DNA of 64,000 nt from Phyllosticta citribraziliensis (taxonomy: Eukaryota), in assembly GCF_038025025.1 (NCBI RefSeq), contig NW_027117339.1, positions 2,604,001-2,668,000 on the forward strand, written 5' to 3'. Positions 39,500 to 49,544 of the stretch are shown one piece after another. Below the pieces are notes generated by a model that ran no database searches, was not told the origin of the DNA, and worked only from the letters and a program-made list of their open reading frames with translations. Position 1 is the stretch's first letter. Each line of letters opens with the position of its first letter. The position numbers and the translations under genes were made by a program.

Positions 39500-41546
39500 T
39501 TACCTGCTCAGGACAAAGTCGTCTACTCTCAGCAGCGATCTGAACACAAAAGTCAGTGGAATTCTACAATCATCTGCAAATCAAAACTTACTTTACCGTC
39601 TCGGCTGCGAGCTCAATGGCTGATGTCGAGACAAGAAGAGGCTGGAGAACGTTCTCCTCTGCAATGTTGCTCTTGACGCCACCGCTCTTGATGCTGATTC
39701 CTGCGTTCGTCTCGCCCTGAGCATGACGGTTTCTCAGCTCAGTGACGACCTTGATCGAGTTCAATCCGGCGTTCTCGGCCAAGGTGACCGGGACAACTTC
39801 CAAGGCGTCGGCAAACGCCTTCCAGCAGATGGCCTCGGGACCAACAAGTGTGCGGGCGTGCTTCGCCAAAGCCTGGGCAACCTCGATTTCGGGCGCACCA
39901 CCTCCCGCCAGCATGGCCCTATATGTGTCAGAACCCAACGTGTGTCCAACTGCAACATCGAGACGTACCTCTTCTTCACCAAGCAGCGCATGACACACTG
40001 AGCATCGTGCAAACTACGCTCAGCCTCGTCCAAGATTAGCTGGTTGGCGCCTCTGACCACCAAAGACACCGTCCGTGCTTGTGCCTTGACGCCCGTAACC
40101 TTGACAACCTTTGCTCCCGATGTGGTAGCCTCCTCAACAAGGTCAGCCGAGCCAAGCTTGTCCTCCGTAAAAGAGTCAATGTCTGCAATCGGCTTGCAGC
40201 CGGTACTCTTGGCGATGAACTCAAGCTCGTCGCGCTCAATCTCCTTGACGACAAGAATGTTGAGCTTGGCGAGGAAGTGCAAGCTGAGGTCGTTGACGGC
40301 GTCGCGGAGAATCGACTTTTGGATGAAGAGAACGTTGCACTTGGCCTTCTTGATCTTCTTCACCATGTTCAGCAGGTATGTGCGCTCTTCCTTGAGGATC
40401 TTGTCCATTTGGCGGTAGTCGTTGACGACAATTTGGTTCTCCATGTCCGGCTTGGGAGGGCTCAGTTGGAATTGAATCAGACCAATCCTCGCCTTCTCCA
40501 TCCTGATGGGACCGCCGCCGCTCTTGGCAACCTGCTGCTGCAAAGCCAAGCCGTCGATAATCTCGCTGTCGTCAATAGTTCCGCCAGCCCTCTTGAGAAT
40601 CCTAATGTTCTTCAGGTCTACGTTTTCGGCGGTCTTGGAGTCGATGACCTTCAGGACGGAGTCGACGGCCATTATTGCGAGCTTGGGTTCTTGAGCAACG
40701 ATCTTCGAGGACAAGGAAGTAGCGGCGGCCTTGATCAGGGTTTGCCGGTCTTCTAAAGTGATCTCCAGAGACATCTGATGGAGTACGCTAACCGCTGCCA
40801 TGGCGGCTCTTTGGAAAGCCTCTGAAATGCTGGTGGGGTGAAGACCTGAAGTGAACACGTTAGCCCTGGCACTCTCAGAGCAATTCGAGGAAGCCCCGGT
40901 ACTCCCTCAGAGCACTCCCAGAAAGACGCCTACCCTTGGCCAGTAACCGCTCCGCCGCAGCCAGGAGACTACCGCAGATCACGACGACTGACGTTGTTCC
41001 GTCGCCTGCCTCTACATCTTGTGCGTTCGCAAGGTCGACAAGCATCTTTGCGGCGGGGTGCAGGACGGCCATGTCGCGCAGCATGGTGTTGCCATCGTTG
41101 GTCTGGCGATGTTAGGAAGATGCATCGCAAAACGAGGTCGCGGAGCTCACAATCAGGGTTTCGCCTTTGCCCGTTTGAATCTGAGAAGGTGTTAGAAGCT
41201 TTGCAGTCGGGTCAGATACGCGCAGACTTACCATCTTGTCCATACCCCTTGGTCCAAGCGACTATCCAACGATTAGCTCTGTGTCCTGTTGCTTCGGGAC
41301 CCTCGACGTACAGTTCTGATGGCATCGGCGACGGCTGTAGCAGCTGATTAGCATATCCGTCGCTGTTTGATAGAGCCTGACGGCTTACCTCTCGCCGCCG
41401 TGATGTTTGCCGTGCGCACAGCTTGAGGCTTCTCCTTGTCCTTTTCCATGGTCGTTAGCTTGCGATTTTGGGCGCGGAAGTCGGAGTCGCACCTTGAAGG
41501 CAGCATTTGGGCCGCCAGCACTGCTTTGGACACCTGCGCTAGCCAT
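39500..41546 (-). CDS. CCT4: T-complex protein 1 subunit delta (CCT chaperonin), multi-exon
   Basis: [79 protein letters not shown]. Confidence 0.96.
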
Positions 41547-41919
41547 GTTGGAAGGTTTGAGGAACGGTGTGAGGGATTAGCAGGGAGGAACGCGGTGTTG
41601 TGTAGCTCTGCTGTCCCGCAGTTTTCGGCGAACGCGTTGGCCGCCAGCGGCCAAAGTTCGCGCCGCCACCTCACGCAGACTCAATGCCAAGACCGGGGCT
41701 GGACAGCCCAGGCACAGTACCCGGCGATTACAACACCGGGCGAGCTCCATCACTCTTCCACGCTCGTCCATCCCACGCCCACGACACTCCACTCCGTCAC
41801 TCGTCCTCTTGCGCATCGCTTGCCGCTACCAGCCCCACTGCTGAAGCTCTTCCGACCACCTGCCATCCTCCTGCTTCATCAACAAACCCGCCAAACGCTC
41901 CCGCTCTCCTCCGTCCACC

Positions 41920-43408
41920 ATGCCCAGTGCCACCGGTTCGAGCTGGGAGAAGTACCAAAAGAACTACGCCGACGATGAGGTAGAAGAGAAGAAGATCACC
42001 CCGCTCTCTGATGAGTACGCGTACCGCTCGATGCCGCGCGGCCCCAAACGCTGACCCTCTCTCAGAGATATCCAAGTGCTCAAGACCTATGGCGCAGCAC
42101 CGTACGCCGCGGAGCTCAAGAAGCTGGAGAAGGAGATCAAGGACAAACAACAAAGCGTGAATGAAAAGATTGGTGTCAAGGTAAAGCTCATAACGCTCTT
42201 GGTCTCGCCGACCACAAGGAACAACATGCTGAAAGGAAGCTAGGAATCGGACACTGGTCTCGCACCGCCGCATCTCTGGGATATCGCCGCCGACCGTCAG
42301 CGCATGCAAGAGGAGCAGCCGCTCCAAGTCGCACGGTGCACGAAGATTATCCAAGACGAGAAGGACTCGGACAAGAGCAAATACGTCATCAATGTCAAGC
42401 AAATCGCCAAGTTCGTGGTAAATCTGGGCGAGCGGGTGTCTCCCGCCGACATCGAGGAGGGCATGCGTGTTGGGTGAGTCGCAGAATCCAGTCAAGCTCC
42501 CGACCTCATCGCTAACAGGCCATTTCAGCGTCGACCGCAACAAGTACCAGATCCTGCTTCCCCTCCCGCCCAAGATAGATCCCTCCGTCACGCTCATGCA
42601 AGTCGAGGAGAAGCCCGATGTTACATACGGCGATGTTGGTGGCTGCAAGGAGCAGATTGAGAAGCTTCGCGAGGTCGTCGAGATGCCCCTGCTGTCTCCG
42701 GAGCGCTTCGTCAACCTCGGTATCGATCCACCCAAGGGAGCTCTGCTTTACGGTCCTCCGGGTACCGGAAAGACGCTTTGCGCGCGAGCGGTGGCCAACA
42801 GGACAGACGCTACCTTCATCCGTGTCATTGGTTCTGAGCTGGTGCAAAAGTACGTCGGCGAGGGTGCCCGCATGGTTCGCGAACTGTTCGAGATGGCGCG
42901 GACAAAGAAGGCTTGCATCATCTTCTTCGACGAAGTTGATGCCATTGGTGGAGCCCGTTTCGACGACGGCGCTGGTGGTGACAACGAAGTTCAGCGCACT
43001 ATGCTTGAGCTGATCACGCAGCTGGATGGATTCGACAGCCGCGGCAACATCAAGGTCATGTTCGCGACAAACAGGCCTTCGACGCTCGACCCTGCCCTCA
43101 TGCGTCCGGGTCGTATTGACCGCAAGATCGAGTTCTCGCTGCCGGACATGGAAGGCCGCGCCAACATTCTGCGGATTCACGCCAAGAGCATGTCGGTCGA
43201 GCGCGACATCAGATGGGAGCTCATCTCCCGCCTGTGCCCCAACTCAACGGGTGCCGAGCTGCGCAGTGTTGCGACGGAAGCAGGCATGTTTGCCATTCGT
43301 GCGAGGAGAAAGATTGCAACCGAGAAAGACTTCTTGGCCGCCGTCGACAAGGTCATCAAAGGCAACCTCAAGTTCAACTCGACGGCCACGTACATGCAGT
43401 ACAACTAG
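41920..43408 (+). CDS. RPT1: 26S proteasome regulatory AAA-ATPase subunit 7, multi-exon
   Basis: [79 protein letters not shown]-terminal YMQYN. Confidence 0.97.
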
Positions 43409-43689
43409 ACGGGCCCCGCGCGTCTCTTTCTCGGCTGGGTCCTTTTTCTTTTGCTTTTACATGGAATGGCATCGGTTGCGCTCGATCGGGGGATTCGTAT
43501 TGAGTAGGAGGCTGAGTAGGTGGAGAATTCCAAACACATCATCTTTGATAGAGCTGCTCTTCGTCCACGTCTTTGCCTCTTGCGTGGTCTATGGTTTCTT
43601 GGGCGTGACTACCCAATGGTTGAGTGCCTCGTAACAATCCCATCCACGGGGCGGCTCGTCTCCCGCGTCACGCAATGGAACATGGAGTC

Positions 43690-44490
43690 GAGTTGAATGC
43701 CCGAGTGCAGAGTTTGAAATCTTGGAGTATTCAATTCCTTCTCCGCATGTGTGCACGAACAGGTCCCTGACACGCGGATCTACAAGGAAAAGGGAGCATT
43801 CAAGCACTTTCCCCCAGGATTCAAGCAAGCCCCGAACCAGTGTTATAGACTGCAAGTAAGTGCGAGAAGAGGGAGCATTCACGCACCCTTCCTCAAGATG
43901 CAGACGTGCCCGCAATGCAGGTCTACAAAGGCAAGAAGAGGAAGCATACAACGCATCTCCCCATTCCGGCATGATGGTAGCAAGTGTCTGAACAAGTGCC
44001 AGAGTCCGGCCGTACGGGAAGGGGGAGCATCCGAACAGTATCCATGATGTGATGTAAACAGGTGCCCGCTATCTGGCTCTGCAAAGACAAGAAGAGGGAG
44101 CATCCAACACATCCCCCCATTCCGGCATGATGGAAGCAAGTGCCTGCACAACTGTCAGAGTCCGCCTGTGCGGGAAGGGGGAGTATTCAAGCGCCTCTCT
44201 TGAGATGCAAACAGCTGCCCACTATCCGGGTCTGCAAAAGCAAGAACAGGGAGCATTCAGGCACATCCTCAGGCACTCCGGCGTGATGGAAGCAAGCATC
44301 TCAACATCCGATCAAGTGCCAGAGTCCGACTGTGCAGGAAGGGTGAGCATTCAAGCACTTCTCTTGAGATGCAAGCAGGTGCCCAAGGCGAAGTGTGGGG
44401 AAGGGAGCATTCAGACACTGTGTGAGAACACTTTTACGGCGAGCTTTTCTGTCACGAGGGAGTGTCAAGGAGCATTCAAGTACATCACAG
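43690..44490 (+). repeat. Degenerate tandem array: 11 copies of a GGAGCATTCAAGCAC core, alternating ~70/~83-bp spacing (~155-bp dimer)
   Basis: Cores at ~43724, 43793, 43872, 43941, 44024, 44097, 44180, 44250, 44344, 44404 and 44469. The subunit CCATTCCGGCATGATGGAAGCAAG..CAGAGTCCG recurs at ~43961, 44117 and 44273. Confidence 0.88.
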
Positions 44491-44536
44491 GGGAATGAAA
44501 ATGGTCGGGAAGAAGTCAATTGGTCGGCTGTCTGAG

Positions 44537-45020
44537 TCAGTAGGGATTGACTCGAGGGCCCTGTCCGCTGCTGTGCACCACGTCCACCACCTTGGCCACC
44601 TCGGTTGATGTTCTGGACACCGCGTCCACCACGCCCTTTTCCATCATGCCGGAGTGGGGAAATGTGCTTGAATGCTCCCTCTTCAACGACTGGTGGCTGA
44701 CATAACCCTGGCAACTCCGTACCACTGAAGGATTTTGAGGGCAAATGGTCATTGTACTACTCATTCAAGGCCCTTTGAGCCCAATTCTATCCTCAGTAGA
44801 GCGCGACTCGAGCACTCTGTCCGCATTGTCCGCCAGGTCCAGGTCCTCCACCGCCGCGGCCTGGCTTGCTGCCCTACCCATCGCTTCCACAGGGAACATT
44901 CATGTCACGGCAGCTGAAGGATTGTGAGGGCAAATGATCGTATTACTCATTCAAGGCCCTCAGTACGGATTGACCCGAGCACTCTGTCCGGCGCCAGGTC
45001 CTCCAGGTCCTCCACCAGGT
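44537..45020 (-). repeat. Three tandem copies of the helicase gene's 3' end (last codons, stop and part of the 3' UTR)
   Basis: GQSARVNPY* (stop 44960), GQSARVALY* (stop 44793) and GQGPRVNPY* (stop 44537). The ~50-nt block CTGAAGGATT.TGAGGGCAAATG..ACTCATTCAAGGCCCT occurs at 44725 and 44914. Confidence 0.85.
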
Positions 45021-48000
45021 CCTTTCCCGCCTTTTCCAGGTCCACATCCACCACCAGGTCCGCCTTTGCCCTTGCCTTTGCCCTTGTTGGTCCCCTTGCC
45101 CTTGTTGGCACCCTTGCCACCTTTGCCACCCTGTCCGCCGCCGCCGCCACTTCCATCTCGCCACGGAGCAGCTGGAGTCTGATACGAACCCATACCTGTT
45201 CCTCTGGGAGCGTTGTTGAGCCCAGCCGCAGCAGCAGCAGCGTTGGAGTTGGAGCGCTGCGCATCATTGACGACGAAAGTGCTGTCTTTGATGGCGGGTT
45301 CTGTCACCTCTTGGCCTGCGAGAATGTTCAAATAGTCGGTAACATCGATAACATCCCTCTTGTAATCCAGGTCTTGAACAAGATGATGCAGAGACGAAAG
45401 GACCTTTTTAGCCACCAACGCCTTGTCTTTGCGGTGTATGCCCCTAATCCAAGGCGCAAAGTTGCCGAAGATGTAAAGGCAATGCTTCCCGCGCGAAAGA
45501 GCGACATTGAGGCTGTTCTCCTGGGCCATGAAAGCGATGTCGAATTCATTATCGAGCTTGTTCACCGTTAGCGACAACAGAACTACCTTACCTTGACTTC
45601 CTTGGATTGCTGCTACTGTCATGACCCTGATTTGGCGAGCAACATCGTTGGGGAACGCTTGGTAAAGCTTTTCGACAAGGAGGCGACGCTGGCCACTGTA
45701 TGGCGAACCCACCAAGATTTCCCGTGGGTCGACTTGCCTCAGATCGGTTTGATTCGGACGGGGTCGAACTGCCAGGAGCTTACTGATGGTAGCAATAAGG
45801 GCGTTTGCTTCCGACTCGTTGCAGAGAGACGGCGTATTCTTGTAAGTGTGGGACGAAATTTGCCGGTCCCCAGCAAGAGAGGTGGAGACGTCGATGGCGA
45901 TACGACGACGACGGTTCCAAACGCGACTGCCAGCAGATCGCATGGTCAGCTTGATCGTGCCCTCAAGTTGAATGTCGCGTTTCGCCTTGCAAATCAGGCT
46001 CCCGTTGTAGAATTCGTCCGAGATGAACGCCATCAGCTCCTCGTCCATGCGGAAGCATTCGACAAGCATGAACGCAGCAACATCCTCATCGTCTTTCTTC
46101 GCCTGCAGGACATGGAAGACACTTGGACCCAGGAGTTTAATCGCCTCGTTGTTCATCTGCGACTGCAACACCGGACGCTGCTGCTTGTGATCGCCGGCAA
46201 ACATCACGGTCTTGACACTGTGTCGAAAAGCGGCAAGAGGGATTGCAACCTCTGGAACGGTAGACTGGCCACACTCGTCGACGATGATGACTTCAGGGCG
46301 GAAATTGCCCGTCAGGATCTCATGCGCAGCTCGAGAAGTTGTCGTGAACACAACCTGGATGCCTGCCTTTCCTTTGAAGAATTCCTCGGTGAATTCCACC
46401 TCTCTGAGACCCTTCGCGGTCTTCCGAAGCTCTTTCTTCGCCTTCTTTGACACTTTCGGATCTTTCGATTGTGCGAGGCACTTGAGATATTGCAACGCCT
46501 TGTCGCAGAGTGAATGGGTCGAATCGGTCGAAATTCTTGCGATCATCGCTTCCAGCATACTGGGAAACGAGAAAGCCTCCAAATCCAAGTTTTCGGCCGT
46601 GAGCAGATTATCCCACATGCTGTTGAGCAAATCCTGTTGCTCGGAGGCATCCGAAGGAGGGGTTGCATCAGTGGCACTGGGCGCTGTCTTCCTGGTGCCG
46701 CCACCCGAGAAACGACAGAACTTGCGAGCGTCCATGCTGGTTGACGTCCTGAACTCGTCGAAGGCCTGGTCGAGAGGGGAGTTGACTGTTGCGCAGAACA
46801 GGATCCGAAGACCCGTCGCTGCCAGAGCTTCAATGGCCGCGATCTCAGTTCCCGTTTTTCCCGTTCCCGGTGGGCCCCACAGCGTGACGGTCGGGTAGTT
46901 CATCGTTGCTCTCACAGCCCTGGCTTGCTCCTCGTTCATGTTCGAGCGCTCGATGAACTCGTGCACCAGAGCCCTTCTTTCGGGCTTCTCATCAAACCAC
47001 TGCTTGAGCGCATCCTGTCCACCCTTACGTGGACCCAGGTCAAGGAGAGCCCTGATGTCAACGCCGCATTGTCCTTTTGGTCGGTTCTGGAAGAGCAGTT
47101 GAAGAGCGCTGAGCTGGCGGGACGTGGGCACCTCATCGTCAAGTGCCGAAATGATGATGGGGTATCTCTTTCCGGCTTCAAGCGCGAGCTCTGGCCCGCG
47201 GGCGAAGACGTTGAAGTGAGCTTTTGTTTCAAGGTGGTCATCAACGACAGATCCACTGAACTTGGGCCAGCGCTTGCCGTCGCCAAAATCAACCTTGAAT
47301 ACAACCCGAGTGTCAATCTGGGGTTGCAACTGGTCGGCGTTCGACTCGGGCAGCCACACCGAAACCATGTACTGCGAAGGCTCCGAAGGGCAGGGGATGA
47401 ACTCGGCCCTCGCTGCTGGTACATTGGAGAGGCTGCTGACTCGGAGGATCGTCTGCTGAGCTTCACGCTCGCGTTGGACAGACAAGCGCCACAAGAACAT
47501 TCTCTGTTCAATTGGTAGACCCTCGGGCAACTCAAATGATGCCCATGATGCCGGAATCAGGATCGGCCGCGAATTAGGCCTGCCGTGTTGCCTTCCAACC
47601 CACCATTTCTCGACGAGCCACCTTGGGACTTCCAGTTCGCGAAGAGGATACTGTTGGCTTGACATTGACCCGCGGACTTCAGGACACTGCAGGCGGTAGA
47701 ACCACATGAGACCAACATCCCTGCTGACCTTCATCAGGGGCATGAAGAAGCTGCGGAGCCGAGTGAACTCGCCCAATCCATGCTTTTGAATCAGCGTGAA
47801 TATGGACAATTCAACGTCTCCCTGGGCCAGATGTGCCACAATCTTTTCCTCGTCAGTCAGAGTATCGTGGTCTGCGTCGCAAATGGCGGTAATCCGGCTC
47901 TTTTCAAGGCCCACAAACTCGATCCGGGAGCGGCTCTTCGTCCTCTGGGGTCCGTGTTGCACATTCGTGTTTCCGGAATCGACGTCCATCGCCTCACCAA

Positions 48001-49387
48001 TCGGTGTGAATTGGGAGGCTCCGAGCGCTGGAGCAGCTTTTGGCGCATTGGAAGCTGTCCACGTGCGTGCAGCGATCTTGACGCGTGTCACGACCCACTG
48101 CCATTTGTCGGGCACATTGGCAGTGTCGGCAGGAAGGCTCTTCCAGGCAGATACGTCGTCTGCCGTAGGCTCCTTTTCGCCAGTGCGCATCGCCAACGAG
48201 CACATCTCCTGACCAACGTCTGGGTTTTCTTCGGATGGAATCTCCAGACAGGTGCCGAAGACGAGGCAAATCAAAGGCTTCGCACCTTTGCGATTGATGC
48301 TGATCTCCAGGTGCGGCCATTGCGTCTGGATCCTCCATCTCAGATTGATGATCGGGGAAGGGGCGGCGGGCGATTTGGGGAAGCAGCCAAACACCTCTCC
48401 TGATTTGAAGCGGAGGACTGCTCCGAACTTGCTGAGCATATGCTTTCCACCCGGCTGTGGGGTGAGCTCCTTGGATGACGGAGTGTCCATGCCCCTGTAT
48501 GCGGCCGTGACGCATGCCAAGTCAGTGCGGTACGATGGACACCGTTCGGCGAAGTCGAGGATTGCGGCGTTTTGCAACGTTTCGCTGTCTTGACGCTCGT
48601 ATTGGTACACTGGCTTGGGGGTGTATCCTGTTGTTCCCTCCATGGCGATGTCCCCTTCTTCGTCGACATCTTGGTCGACGTCTTCCGTTTCCGTAGTGTG
48701 AGCGTGCTCAACAGGGGCGGGCTCCTCCTCGATGTCCATGGTGTCTTCGTCGCGCTCGACAGGCCCCATCGACTCGACGCAGGCTGCACAGGAATATCGC
48801 TCCGTCGCGGGTAGAGATGCATTCTTTGGGCGCATCGAGCTTTCGGGGACGAGGTGGAAGGTTTCTCCCGGGAGATTACAGCGAGAAAGGCAAGCTGCAA
48901 CTCGAAGGTCTGGGTCGACGGGCAAATTCCAGGTTTGATCCTCAGCATCAACGCAGTAGTAGCATGTTCCCTTGTCAGAGACGCGCCTGGGAATACTGCC
49001 AACAAGGTCGCTCGAGGTGACCAACGATTTTTTCGCTGAAACCGCGTTGCCGGGCCTGGACATGTCGCAATCTCGGCAAATGACCGCGTTGGTGACAGCT
49101 TGCCAGGCTTTGCTGGGGCAATCCACACAGCTCGCGAACACAAGATCAGCCTTCAGATACTCCGGATCGCACTTCATTTCTGAAGTGACATGTCTCAATT
49201 CTGCCGCGTGCGCTCCGGCGAAGCACCAAACCTCATCGACTGAACGGTTCAGCTCACACGACAGGCAAACCCCACTGGCTTCGGCCCGTTGCTCAATGGA
49301 TTGCCGGAACCTACAGTTCGGGCATTGAAACCAGAGAGCCGGGGCCTTGGCCGGGGCCGGAGCCGCGGGGGAAATGGACGAATCCAT
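44960..49387 (-). CDS. Superfamily-1 helicase (UPF1/DNA2/NAM7-like, AAA_11/AAA_12) with a Cys-rich N-terminus and G/K/P-rich tail; intronless, 1475 aa
   Basis: MNEEQARAV (Q motif), [56 protein letters not shown]-terminal CPNC, CLSC, CVDC, CRDC, CYYC and CAAC pairs. Confidence 0.9.
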   Translation of the reverse strand: MDSSISPAAPAPAKAPALWFQCPNCRFRQSIEQRAEASGVCLSCELNRSVDEVWCFAGAHAAELRHVTSEMKCDPEYLKADLVFASCVDCPSKAWQAVTNAVICRDCDMSRPGNAVSAKKSLVTSSDLVGSIPRRVSDKGTCYYCVDAEDQTWNLPVDPDLRVAACLSRCNLPGETFHLVPESSMRPKNASLPATERYSCAACVESMGPVERDEDTMDIEEEPAPVEHAHTTETEDVDQDVDEEGDIAMEGTTGYTPKPVYQYERQDSETLQNAAILDFAERCPSYRTDLACVTAAYRGMDTPSSKELTPQPGGKHMLSKFGAVLRFKSGEVFGCFPKSPAAPSPIINLRWRIQTQWPHLEISINRKGAKPLICLVFGTCLEIPSEENPDVGQEMCSLAMRTGEKEPTADDVSAWKSLPADTANVPDKWQWVVTRVKIAARTWTASNAPKAAPALGASQFTPIGEAMDVDSGNTNVQHGPQRTKSRSRIEFVGLEKSRITAICDADHDTLTDEEKIVAHLAQGDVELSIFTLIQKHGLGEFTRLRSFFMPLMKVSRDVGLMWFYRLQCPEVRGSMSSQQYPLRELEVPRWLVEKWWVGRQHGRPNSRPILIPASWASFELPEGLPIEQRMFLWRLSVQREREAQQTILRVSSLSNVPAARAEFIPCPSEPSQYMVSVWLPESNADQLQPQIDTRVVFKVDFGDGKRWPKFSGSVVDDHLETKAHFNVFARGPELALEAGKRYPIIISALDDEVPTSRQLSALQLLFQNRPKGQCGVDIRALLDLGPRKGGQDALKQWFDEKPERRALVHEFIERSNMNEEQARAVRATMNYPTVTLWGPPGTGKTGTEIAAIEALAATGLRILFCATVNSPLDQAFDEFRTSTSMDARKFCRFSGGGTRKTAPSATDATPPSDASEQQDLLNSMWDNLLTAENLDLEAFSFPSMLEAMIARISTDSTHSLCDKALQYLKCLAQSKDPKVSKKAKKELRKTAKGLREVEFTEEFFKGKAGIQVVFTTTSRAAHEILTGNFRPEVIIVDECGQSTVPEVAIPLAAFRHSVKTVMFAGDHKQQRPVLQSQMNNEAIKLLGPSVFHVLQAKKDDEDVAAFMLVECFRMDEELMAFISDEFYNGSLICKAKRDIQLEGTIKLTMRSAGSRVWNRRRRIAIDVSTSLAGDRQISSHTYKNTPSLCNESEANALIATISKLLAVRPRPNQTDLRQVDPREILVGSPYSGQRRLLVEKLYQAFPNDVARQIRVMTVAAIQGSQGKVVLLSLTVNKLDNEFDIAFMAQENSLNVALSRGKHCLYIFGNFAPWIRGIHRKDKALVAKKVLSSLHHLVQDLDYKRDVIDVTDYLNILAGQEVTEPAIKDSTFVVNDAQRSNSNAAAAAAGLNNAPRGTGMGSYQTPAAPWRDGSGGGGGQGGKGGKGANKGKGTNKGKGKGKGGPGGGCGPGKGGKGPGGGPGGPGAGQSARVNPY

Positions 49388-49544
49388 TTGGGGTGAATGT
49401 CTTAAGGTAAAGCTCTATGAAGAGCTACCGACAGTCAAGCAAATACTAGGCGTACCTAGTATTGCCCCACTCCGTAGGAGCGGTAATCGCAACAAAAAGT
49501 TACGACTGAGGGAAGCGCTTAACGGAGCGCGAGCCGGGGGAGAG
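49366..49544 (-). ncRNA. Structured 5' leader, copy 1 (upstream of and overlapping the helicase start)
   Basis: Reverse complement of 52421-52598 at roughly 85-90% identity in the core, by eye. Five stems with compensatory or G.U-consistent differences between the copies. Confidence 0.75.

Noticed and set aside
44960..49387. Helitron RepHel or canonical UPF1/SEN1/DNA2
   Set aside because: Motifs are UPF1-type (DExxQ, GDxxQ, NVAxSR) rather than PIF1-type, no HUH/Rep motifs were seen, and there is no recognisable similarity to the conserved housekeeping proteins outside the core motifs.
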